Below are positions 1 to 7,737 of a DNA stretch of 55,328 bases, piece by piece. The stretch lies in assembly GCA_020430775.1 (NCBI GenBank), contig JAGQJE010000333.1, forward strand, positions 1 to 55,328. The letters run 5' to 3'. The translations under genes were made by a program, and so were the position numbers. Under the pieces are notes generated by a model, which worked only from the letters and a program-made list of their open reading frames with translations, searched no databases and was not told the DNA's origin. Positions within the stretch are counted from its first letter, which is position 1; each line of letters begins with the position of its first letter. The DNA comes from Myxococcales bacterium (GTDB lineage Bacteria > Myxococcota_A > Polyangia > Polyangiales > Houyiibacteriaceae).

Positions 1-135
1 CCCCCGCCGAAGCCGGCGCCCGCCGAGCCAAAGCCCGCGCCCGCGGCGCAGGCCCCCGCGCCGGCGCAACCGACCGAGGCGCCCGCCGCGCCGGGTGCGA
101 ACCCCCCCGTGCTGCCCTCGAACCCATTCGACTGA
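1..135 (+). CDS. 3' end of a Pro/Ala-rich protein (partial, start outside window)
   Basis: Frame 1 is open from base 1 to TGA 133-135. It translates to PPPKPAPAEPKPAPAAQAPAPAQPTEAPAAPGANPPVLPSNPFD*. Third codon positions are GC-rich. No family call is possible. Confidence 0.35.
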   Translation, partial: PPPKPAPAEPKPAPAAQAPAPAQPTEAPAAPGANPPVLPSNPFD

Positions 136-165
136 GCGGCGAGCCGCCGCGGCGGCGCGGGCACA

Positions 166-909
166 TCACCGGAGCGGCAGGTCCGGCGGCCAAGCCTGAC
201 GGCGGATGAAGTGCGCGCGTCGCTTGCGAAGCGACGCGACGAAGATCCACCCGATGAGCAGCCCGGACATGAACCCGCCGACGTGCGCGAAGAACGCCAC
301 GCCGCCGGCGCCCGCCGACTGCCGGAGGGAGAGCGCGCCCTCGAGGAGCTGAAAGCCGAACCAGATGAAGATGAAGAGGAACGCCGGCAGCTCGATGAAC
401 TGAATGAAGATGAAGATCGGGACGAGCGTGAGGATGCGCGCGCGGGGGTGGATCAACACGTAGGCCGCGAGCACCCCGCTGATCGCGCCCGAGGCGCCGA
501 CCATCGGCACGGCGCTCGACGGGTCGACCGCGGCCTGCGCGAAGACGGCGGCGAAGCCGGCGGCGAAGTAGAGCGCCAGGTAGCGCGCCTTGCCGAGCTC
601 GTCCTCGACGTTGTCGCCGAAGATGTGCAAAAACCACATGTTGCCGATGAGGTGGAGCCACCCTCCGTGCAGGAAGAGGCTGGTGAGCGGCGTCACCCAC
701 GCGCCCTGCGCCCCCCCGGCGGCGCGCGGCAACGACCACTGCCCCTCGACGAGCACGCTCGGCACGACGCCGAAGCGCCGGACGATGGCCTCCATCCCGG
801 CGTCACCGGCGCTCCACTCGATGAGGAAGACGAGCACGTTCAACGCGATGAGCGTCCAGGTCACGACCGGCTTGTGCCGCGTCGGCCGGTTGTCGCGGAT
901 GGGGATCAT
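166..909 (-). CDS. rhomboid family intramembrane serine protease
   Basis: ORF 166..1599 trimmed to ATG 909 (MIPIRDNRP...). It has multiple TM helices and the rhomboid motifs WLHLIGNMWFL, GASGAISG (catalytic Ser) and AHVGGF (catalytic His). The upstream Arg/Ala-rich part of the ORF looks like a GC artefact. ATGA overlap with the upstream gene stop (906-909). Confidence 0.9.
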   Translation of the reverse strand: MIPIRDNRPTRHKPVVTWTLIALNVLVFLIEWSAGDAGMEAIVRRFGVVPSVLVEGQWSLPRAAGGAQGAWVTPLTSLFLHGGWLHLIGNMWFLHIFGDNVEDELGKARYLALYFAAGFAAVFAQAAVDPSSAVPMVGASGAISGVLAAYVLIHPRARILTLVPIFIFIQFIELPAFLFIFIWFGFQLLEGALSLRQSAGAGGVAFFAHVGGFMSGLLIGWIFVASLRKRRAHFIRRQAWPPDLPLR

Positions 910-2843
910 GGCCCGGCCGAGTCTGACGGATGCGGCGTGGCGAGCGCCACGAGCTCGACTACCTCCAGAAAGCGCGAGAGCCCCCCGGCCATGACGCGCG
1001 CGTCGAAGCGCAGGTCGCCGCGCGCGTCTCGGGCGAGCGTCACGAGGGTGGGCGCCGCGTCCTGGTAATAGCGAGCGGCGCGACCGAGCTTCGCGCTGAG
1101 CCCGGGGACGGCGAGCGCGAGCGCCGGGACGAGCCGCGACGGCGCGACGGCCACGAGGGCGAGCGCGGGGCGCGGAAGGTCCGGGACGACCCGCGCGACG
1201 TCCGGGAGCGCGCCGAGGCCACCCGGGGCCGGCGTGCCCAACGTGGGGGCCGGCGGCGCACCGCCGGGAGGCTGCGAGGCGCCGCGGAGGAGCGCGAGCG
1301 TCCACGAGGTCCCCGCCTCGGTCGCCCCCAACGACAGCGCCGGCGAGGTCGCGCCTTTGCAGAGCGCGAGCGTCGCCGGAGGTGACGTCGCGTCCGCCGC
1401 GGGGTCGCTCGCCGCACCCGGCGACGCGCCCGTCGGCCCTCGGCGGGACGCCGGAGCGGCCACCCAACCGCCGCGCGCGGCCGCGTCGCACCCGAAGATG
1501 GCCTCGACCACGGACGCCGCGAAGTCGGTGCGCGTCGCGGCCTTCAGCGCGTCGCGGGACGGAGCCGCCGTGGTCTGCGCGTCGCCGAGCGCGAGCCACG
1601 CTCCGCGCGAGTCCCCGCCGAGCGCGAGCGTCATGGGCCCGCGCGACGCCTGTCGGACCGACGCGAGCGCGCGCTCGATGACCACCGCGTCCGCCTGGGA
1701 CAGGCGCGACCCCGCGAGCCGCCGGAGCGCCTCGACCCGATCGCTCGCGTCCGCGTCATCCCCGGTCGCGGGCGCGTTCGCCGGCCACAGGAGCGCCGCC
1801 GCGACGTCGCCGGGCAGCGCGTCGACCCCGAGCGACGCGGATTCGGGCGCAGCGAGGACGCGGGCCGCGAGCGGCGACCCCGGCGTCACGTGCACCGAGC
1901 CCCACACGCGCCAGCCGCTCGCGTCGGGCGCCACGTGCAGGCGCGCGCCGGCTAGATCGGGGACGAACGCCAGCGCGCGCTGGGCGGCATCGTCGAGCGC
2001 GTCGACGAGCCGCGCGGGATCGACGATGGGAGCGCGGCTGTGGCGTGCGCGCTCTGCGCTGATGGACGCACGCGCGCGGCCGGCCGCCTGCCGCACGGCC
2101 TCGGCGAGCGGCGCGCGGACCGAGGGCCCGACGACGGCCTCCGGCCAGGTCACCGTGAGCTGCGGGGCGACGCTGCCAGGGCTCCCGGGGGATGCAGCCT
2201 CGGCCGCTCGCGCGAGCAGGTACGACAGCGACGCGTCGAGCGCGCGAACATCGCTCGCCACGACGACGACCCCGCCCCGAAACGCGACCGGCGGGGCGGC
2301 GGGCGCGGCCGTGACCCCCCCCGTGGCGCCGGACGCCGGGAGCACACGCCGGACGCCGGCCGCATCCGGCGCGCTCACGGGCACCCCGACGCCGAGCGGG
2401 TAGTCGTCGCTCGCCTCGGCTTCGAGACCGGTCGCGCACGCCCAGCCAGGCGACGCCGGACGGTCGAGCCACACCGCCTCGAGCCGCCCTCGCAGCCTCG
2501 ACGCGACGGCGTCCGGCACGGGCCCGCAGAGGCGATCGACGAGGTCCGAGAGGTCGCGCGGCACCAGGGCGGCGAAGCGCCCGGCGCCCACGCTCGAGCG
2601 CAGCGCCCCGAGCCACGCCCCCGGCGCGTCTAGCCGCAGGTCCGCCCGGAGGCCCTCAGGTGGCGGCGCGGGGCTCGCCGGCTTCACCGAGGCCGAACGC
2701 GGCTCGCTGCCCGACGCGCGCGCGCCGTCGTCGCTGCCGTGACAGCCGAGCACGCCGAGCGCGATGGGCGCGATGAGCGACGCGGCGATCCACACCGAGA
2801 CCCACCGGTCCCCGACGCGCCTGCTGCGGTTCGAATGAGGCAC
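906..2843 (-). CDS. Ala-rich lipoprotein of unknown function
   Basis: Distal ~645 codons of ORF 906..4640. GTG 2843 gives VPHSNRSRRVGDRWVSVWIAASLIAPIALGVLGC, a signal peptide plus lipobox. GC3 is high and no recognisable domain is present. The ORF part above 2843 is antisense to the ALDH gene. The start codon is uncertain. Confidence 0.6.
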   Translation of the reverse strand: MPHSNRSRRVGDRWVSVWIAASLIAPIALGVLGCHGSDDGARASGSEPRSASVKPASPAPPPEGLRADLRLDAPGAWLGALRSSVGAGRFAALVPRDLSDLVDRLCGPVPDAVASRLRGRLEAVWLDRPASPGWACATGLEAEASDDYPLGVGVPVSAPDAAGVRRVLPASGATGGVTAAPAAPPVAFRGGVVVVASDVRALDASLSYLLARAAEAASPGSPGSVAPQLTVTWPEAVVGPSVRAPLAEAVRQAAGRARASISAERARHSRAPIVDPARLVDALDDAAQRALAFVPDLAGARLHVAPDASGWRVWGSVHVTPGSPLAARVLAAPESASLGVDALPGDVAAALLWPANAPATGDDADASDRVEALRRLAGSRLSQADAVVIERALASVRQASRGPMTLALGGDSRGAWLALGDAQTTAAPSRDALKAATRTDFAASVVEAIFGCDAAARGGWVAAPASRRGPTGASPGAASDPAADATSPPATLALCKGATSPALSLGATEAGTSWTLALLRGASQPPGGAPPAPTLGTPAPGGLGALPDVARVVPDLPRPALALVAVAPSRLVPALALAVPGLSAKLGRAARYYQDAAPTLVTLARDARGDLRFDARVMAGGLSRFLEVVELVALATPHPSDSAGP

Positions 2844-2936
2844 CGCGGAGGTGTACCAGAGCCCCGCCGACCGTGGTATCGCATGCGAGGCCGCGAGCTG
2901 GCGCCGGCCGAGACGGCGCTCGGAGGGTTCGAGACG

Positions 2937-4703
2937 ATGCAAGAGCAAACCGCAGCGCAGACGACGATGAAGGTCGGAGCCGTCGCCAACCCGGAGGCTG
3001 CGCACACGATCCCGGCGACGCCGGCACCCGCGATAGACGAGGCGCTGCAGGTGCTCGCGGCGCACAAGGACGCGTGGGTCGCGCTCGCGCTCGACGAGCG
3101 CATCGCGTTGCTCGAGCGGCTGACGGACGCGACCGTCGGCATCGCCGACCGCTGGGTGGACGCCGCGCTCGCGGCGAAGGGCATCGCGCGGGGCACCCCG
3201 TCCGAGGGCGAGGAGTGGACGGCCGGGCCGATGGTCACCGTCCGCAACCTCGCGCTGCTCACGCGCAGCCTCCGCGAGATCCGCGACCACGGCAGCCCCC
3301 AGCTCCCCGGGCCGCTCCGCACGCGCGACAACGGACAGGTCGTCGCGCCGGTCTTGCCGACCGACGGCTGGGACAAGCTGCTGCTGACCGGCTTCGAGGC
3401 CGAGGTGTGGCTCGAGCCGGGCGTCACGGTGGAGCAGTGCGAGGCGAGCCAGGCGTCGTTCTACCGCAACCCGCCGACGTCCGGCGCCGTCGCGCTGGTG
3501 CTCGGCGCGGGCAACGTCTCGTCCATCCCCCCGATGGACACGCTCTACAAGCTCTTCGCCGAGGGGCAGGTCGTCGCGCTCAAGATGAACCCGGTGAACG
3601 AGTACCTCGGGCCCATCTTCGAAGAGGCGTTCGGAGAGCTCGTCGAGCGCGGCTTCCTGCGCGTCATCTACGGCGGCGCGAAGGAGGGGGCGTACCTCAC
3701 CGACCACACGCTCGTCGACACCATCCACATCACCGGCTCCGACAAGACGCACGACGCGATCGTCTACGGGGTCGGCGACGCGGGCGAGCGCCGCAAGGCG
3801 GCCGACGACCGCCGCATCCACAAGCCCATCACGAGCGAGCTCGGCAACGTGAGCCCCATCATCGTCGTGCCGGGGCCATGGACGCCGAAAGACCTCGAGT
3901 ACCAGGGCGTGAACCTCAGCTCCTCGCTGACGAACAACGCCGGGTTCAACTGCAACGCGACGCGCGTCATCATCCAGCACACCGACTGGAACCTCCGGCA
4001 GGACCTCATCCACTCGATCCGCCGCGCCTTCGCGGCCGCCGAGCCGCGCCAGCCGTACTACCCGGGCGCGGAGGCGCGCCACGCGGCCTTCGTCGCGGCG
4101 CACCCCGACGCCGAGCAGTTCGGCCCCGCGAGCGAGGGGCACGTGCCCTGGACGTTCATCTCGGGCCTCGACCCGCAGAAACCGAACGACATCTGCTTCA
4201 CGACCGAGGCCTGGTGCGGCGTGACCAGCGAGGTCGCGCTGCCCGCCGACTCCGTCGCCGACTACATCGATCGCGCGGTCCACTTCGCCAACGACACGTG
4301 CTGGGGGACGCTCAGCGCCGCGATCATCGTCCACCCGGCCTCGCTCGAGGACCCAGAGGTCGCCGCCGCCGTCGACCGAGCGGTCGCCGACCTGCGCTTC
4401 GGCTCCGTCGTCGTCAACCACTGGCCCGGCATCGCCTACGGCTTCGCGTCGACGACGTGGGGCGCCTTCCCGGGGCACACGATGCAGTCGGTGGGCTCGG
4501 GCATCGGCGTCGTCCACAACACCTACCTGCTCGAGCAGGTCCAGAAGTCGGTCGTCCGCGGGCCGTTCCGGGTCTACCCGAAGCCCGTGTGGTTCAACGA
4601 TCACCGCACCGCCGCGCAGCTCGGCCGACGCATGGTGCACTTCTCCGCGGCGCCGTCCGTGCTGAAGCTGCCCGGCGTGCTATGGGCTGCGCTCCGAGGG
4701 TGA
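2937..4703 (+). CDS. aldehyde dehydrogenase family protein
   Basis: ORF 2739..4703 trimmed to ATG 2937, preceded by GGAGGG at 2922-2927. ALDH signatures are present: ELGNVSP (catalytic Glu region) and NNAGFNCNAT (catalytic Cys). The protein is 588 aa. Confidence 0.85.
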   Translation: MQEQTAAQTTMKVGAVANPEAAHTIPATPAPAIDEALQVLAAHKDAWVALALDERIALLERLTDATVGIADRWVDAALAAKGIARGTPSEGEEWTAGPMVTVRNLALLTRSLREIRDHGSPQLPGPLRTRDNGQVVAPVLPTDGWDKLLLTGFEAEVWLEPGVTVEQCEASQASFYRNPPTSGAVALVLGAGNVSSIPPMDTLYKLFAEGQVVALKMNPVNEYLGPIFEEAFGELVERGFLRVIYGGAKEGAYLTDHTLVDTIHITGSDKTHDAIVYGVGDAGERRKAADDRRIHKPITSELGNVSPIIVVPGPWTPKDLEYQGVNLSSSLTNNAGFNCNATRVIIQHTDWNLRQDLIHSIRRAFAAAEPRQPYYPGAEARHAAFVAAHPDAEQFGPASEGHVPWTFISGLDPQKPNDICFTTEAWCGVTSEVALPADSVADYIDRAVHFANDTCWGTLSAAIIVHPASLEDPEVAAAVDRAVADLRFGSVVVNHWPGIAYGFASTTWGAFPGHTMQSVGSGIGVVHNTYLLEQVQKSVVRGPFRVYPKPVWFNDHRTAAQLGRRMVHFSAAPSVLKLPGVLWAALRG

Positions 4704-4751
4704 GACGCGCGCCCCGCCGGCGCCGCGCCTCCCGAGGGTGCCCGCCGCGGG

Positions 4752-5903
4752 TCAGCGGCGCTCGGTGACCTCGCGGTCGCGGGGCGCCGCCACGGCGCCG
4801 TCCGCCTCTCCGGTCTGAAGCGCGCGGCTGTGCGCGCGCTCGGCGCCGTCGATCGAGCCGGCGAGCCGCGCGAGCGAGCCGCCCTCCGCGTTCCACGGCG
4901 TGACGCCTTCGAGCAGGCGGTTCAGGTCGAGGCGGGTGCGCACCCCGAGCGCGAGGTACGCGCGCTTCAGGTGGTGACGCACGGTGTGCTCGCTCAGGCC
5001 GAGCGCGGCCCCGATGGCGCGAGCCGTAGACCCCTCCGCGGCCAAGGAGGCCACCTGGAGCTGGCGCTTCGTGAGAGAGCGCATCAGCCAGGCGGGCGGC
5101 CGGAGGGAGGGCGCCCGCCAGAAGAGCAGCAGGTAGTGCTCCGGCCTGCCGGGCAGGGCCGTCGCATAGAGGCTCCAATCGCCGAGCTCGAGCCGCGCCT
5201 CGGTCGCCTCCCGGACGCCGAGCCGCTGGACGATCTCCCTCACCGTGTGGCGGGCCGGCGCGTCGAGCGCCGTGTCGGCGCGGACGCCGACGGACAGGAT
5301 CTCGCCCGTCGTCGCCGCCCAGACACCGGCGGAGACGATCGGCCCGGTCGGCGTCGACTGGGGCGTCCCGTCCGCCGCGACCGGTTCCGAGCGGGCGGGC
5401 GGAGGCGTGCGCACGCCGAGCCGCCCCGTCGCGTCGCGCTCGCGCGCCATCGCGTGCATCAGCTCGAGCCGGCTCGACACGCCGAGGCACTGGTAGGCCT
5501 TCTTCAGGTGTTGGCGGACCGTGCTGGCGCTCACGCCGACGTGGCCCGCGATCTCCGGTACGGTCGCGCCGGCGGCCGCGTAGCACGCGACCTCGTACTG
5601 GCGCGGGCTCATGAGGTCTGAGGGAGAGTCACCCGGACGCGCGCGCGGCAGCACCGCGAGGTAGCGCTGCCAGACTCCGCGCAGCGAGTGCAGCTCCCCG
5701 ACACGCCCGCCGAGCTCGAGCGGGAAGCGGTCGAGGCCGCTCTCGTCCAGCGCGCTCGCGGCCCGGTGCAGCGCCGGGTCGGTCCGGTAGACGGCCGGAT
5801 CGTGCGGGGCGCCGAGGCATAGCTCGACTCGGCCACGCGCGTCGAAGAGCAGCACGGTGATCCGCTGCGCGTTCAGCGCGTCGAAGGTCGGCCGCCCATC
5901 CAT
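4752..5903 (-). CDS. transcriptional regulator with two tandem LuxR-type HTH modules
   Basis: Two LuxR_C-like HTH segments are present: SPRQYEVACYAAAGATVPEIAGHVGVSASTVRQHLKKAYQCLGV and TKRQLQVASLAAEGSTARAIGAALGLSEHTVRHHLKRAYLALGV. Each is preceded by a ~100-aa module. The start is either ATG 5903 or TTG 5921. Confidence 0.75.
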   Translation of the reverse strand: MDGRPTFDALNAQRITVLLFDARGRVELCLGAPHDPAVYRTDPALHRAASALDESGLDRFPLELGGRVGELHSLRGVWQRYLAVLPRARPGDSPSDLMSPRQYEVACYAAAGATVPEIAGHVGVSASTVRQHLKKAYQCLGVSSRLELMHAMARERDATGRLGVRTPPPARSEPVAADGTPQSTPTGPIVSAGVWAATTGEILSVGVRADTALDAPARHTVREIVQRLGVREATEARLELGDWSLYATALPGRPEHYLLLFWRAPSLRPPAWLMRSLTKRQLQVASLAAEGSTARAIGAALGLSEHTVRHHLKRAYLALGVRTRLDLNRLLEGVTPWNAEGGSLARLAGSIDGAERAHSRALQTGEADGAVAAPRDREVTERR

Positions 5904-5916
5904 GAATTGGGCACAA

Positions 5917-5932
5917 AGCAAGCACCATGCCG
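5917..5932 (-). promoter_or_regulatory. candidate sigma54 (-24/-12) promoter for the tandem-LuxR gene
   Basis: The minus strand reads cGGCATG-gtgc-TTGCT against the consensus TGGCACG-N4-TTGCW. The GG-N10-GC spacing is correct. Two palindromes lie 80-130 bp upstream. The predicted TSS is only ~3 nt before ATG 5903. Confidence 0.35.
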
Positions 5933-5996
5933 ACGTCCGCGGGCCGGGATACGAGTCACGATTTTCCCGACGAAAACAACGCCTTTGGCCCCCCTA

Positions 5997-6047
5997 TGTC
6001 CTCCGCACAGGACACGTCGGTTTGGGGGATGTCCTGTACAAAGGACA
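5997..6047. promoter_or_regulatory. pair of identical inverted repeats TGTCCT-N6-AGGACA (candidate enhancer/operator sites)
   Basis: Site 1 is 5997-6014 (aTGTCCTccgcacAGGACAcGTCGG). Site 2 is 6030-6047 (aTGTCCTgtacaaAGGACAGTCGG). They are 33 bp apart centre to centre. They lie in the divergent region between the LuxR gene and the EBP gene. Confidence 0.5.
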
Positions 6048-6165
6048 GTCGGCCGAGCGTCTCGGGGCGACGGGGGCGAGCCTCTGGTCTGCGGCAACGG
6101 GACATATCCGAGCGGGCCACGGGAACTTGCTACGAAAAAGACGGATCGGGGGTACGCTGTGGGTG

Positions 6166-7698
6166 ATGAGCGACCGACGCGGCAAGCCCGAACCGACCGA
6201 GCGCGAGCGCGCGTTCCTGCTCGCGCTGCTGCGCCTGCACGCGACGGAGCGCCCGGGCGATGAGCTTGGCCGCTCACTCGACGCGCTGTCGGAGGCGGTC
6301 GGTGCGCGCATCGGCTACGTCGAACTCCGGGACGAATCCGGCGACGGCGAGTCGCTCTGCTGGGAGAGCGCGCGCGGCGCGTCCGACGAAGAACTCTCCC
6401 ACATCCGCTCGCGCATCTCGAGCGGTATCATCGCGGAGGCCATCGCGACCGGCACGACGCTGCACACGGCCTCGGCGCTCGACGACCCCCGCTTCGAAGG
6501 CTTCGAGAGCGTGCGCGCGCAGGCCATCGAGGCGGTGCTCTGCGCGCCGGTCGGCCGCGACGCGCCCCGCGGCATCGTGTACATGCAGGGCACGCGTCGG
6601 CCGGGCCCCTTCGAGCCGGACGACGAGCGGCTCGTCACGCTCTTCGCGGACCACCTCGACCGGGCCGCCAGCCGGCTGCTCGGCGAGCGAATCCGCCGCC
6701 GCGCGGAGCAGGACGGGCGCCCGCTGCTGGCCGTGCCGGGCGTGCCGGCCGTCAGCCGCACCATGCGCGACGTCCTCGCGAAACTCGCGCTCGCGGCGAC
6801 CCTCGATCTGCACATCCTCTTCGTGGGTGCGTCCGGCACCGGCAAGTCGCTGCTGGCGCGCAGCGTGCACGACCACAGCGCCGTGGCCTCGGGGCCCTTC
6901 GTCGAGATCAACTGCGCGACCGTCCCCGACAACCTCTTCGAGAACGAGCTCTTCGGCGCGGCGCCTGGGGCACACTCTGCGGCGCTGCGCGGCGGGAGCG
7001 AGGGCAAGGTGGCGGCCGCGGCCGGCGGGACCCTCTTCCTCGACGAGATCGGCGAGCTGAGCGCCTCCGCGCAGGCGAAGCTGCTCCAGCTCCTGCAGTC
7101 GAAGTCATACTACCGCCTCGGCGAGACGAAGCTCCGCCATTCGACCGCCCGCATCCTCGCGGCCACCAACATCGACCTCGACGAGGCGGTCGCCGCCCGC
7201 CGCTTTCGCGAGGATCTGCTCTACCGCCTGCGCGTGCTCGAGGTGAAGGTCCCTTCGCTGCATGACCGGCAGGAGGACATCGTGCCGCTCGCCCATCAGT
7301 GCGCGAGCGAGGTGTGCAGACGCCACGGGTTCGGTGAGATCCCGCTCGCGCCGAGCGCGCTCGCCGCGCTCCAGACCGCCGAGTGGCCCGGGAACGTGCG
7401 ACAGCTCCGCCACGCGATCGAGTCCGCCGCGGTGAACGCGCGGATGAGCGGGGCGAGCGCGATCGAGGCGACCCACCTCTTTCCCTCGGAGCCGCCGCCA
7501 GGCGCCGCAGCGGACGGCGACGCGTCGCTCCAGGAGCGCCTGCACGTCGCGCGCGGGCAGATCGTGGCGGAGGTCCTCGCCGAGACCGACTGGAACGTGA
7601 GCGAGGCGGCGAGGCGTCTCGATGTCGCGCGCTCCTACCTCTACAAGCTGATCCAGGCCCACGGGCTGCGCAGAGAGCACAAGGGCCCCTCCGCCTGA
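6166..7698 (+). CDS. sigma54-type enhancer-binding protein, GAF + AAA+ + Fis-type HTH (NifA-like architecture)
   Basis: ORF 5857..7698 trimmed to ATG 6166 (MSDRRGK). It has an N-terminal GAF-like region, Walker A GASGTGKS, GGTLFLDEIGEL and WPGNVRQL. The C-terminal HTH is NVSEAARRLDVARSYLYKLI. The GAFTGA position reads GAHSAA. Confidence 0.9.
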   Translation: MSDRRGKPEPTERERAFLLALLRLHATERPGDELGRSLDALSEAVGARIGYVELRDESGDGESLCWESARGASDEELSHIRSRISSGIIAEAIATGTTLHTASALDDPRFEGFESVRAQAIEAVLCAPVGRDAPRGIVYMQGTRRPGPFEPDDERLVTLFADHLDRAASRLLGERIRRRAEQDGRPLLAVPGVPAVSRTMRDVLAKLALAATLDLHILFVGASGTGKSLLARSVHDHSAVASGPFVEINCATVPDNLFENELFGAAPGAHSAALRGGSEGKVAAAAGGTLFLDEIGELSASAQAKLLQLLQSKSYYRLGETKLRHSTARILAATNIDLDEAVAARRFREDLLYRLRVLEVKVPSLHDRQEDIVPLAHQCASEVCRRHGFGEIPLAPSALAALQTAEWPGNVRQLRHAIESAAVNARMSGASAIEATHLFPSEPPPGAAADGDASLQERLHVARGQIVAEVLAETDWNVSEAARRLDVARSYLYKLIQAHGLRREHKGPSA

Positions 7699-7737
7699 GC
7701 CGCGCCGCTCTCTCAGCCCGCACCCGAGCTTCGCGAC

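Noticed and set aside
910-1599. N-terminal 230-codon extension of the rhomboid ORF
   Set aside because: The extension is Arg-rich low-complexity sequence that overlaps the upstream lipoprotein gene in another frame. Rhomboid homology starts at ATG 909.
2828-2840. GGTTCGAATG, resembling a tRNA T-loop
   Set aside because: The flanking bases cannot form a T-stem or an acceptor stem, so no cloverleaf can be drawn. The segment lies at the lipoprotein gene start.
2844-4640. Upstream 600 codons of the 1244-aa minus-strand ORF 906..4640
   Set aside because: It is antisense to the well-supported aldehyde dehydrogenase gene. The lipoprotein signal peptide begins only at GTG 2843.
5927-6166. 79-aa plus-strand ORF whose two internal ATGs coincide with the two palindromes
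   Set aside because: It has no coding bias or motifs. The ATGs are part of the shared aTGTCCT half-site flank, so a regulatory reading is more parsimonious.
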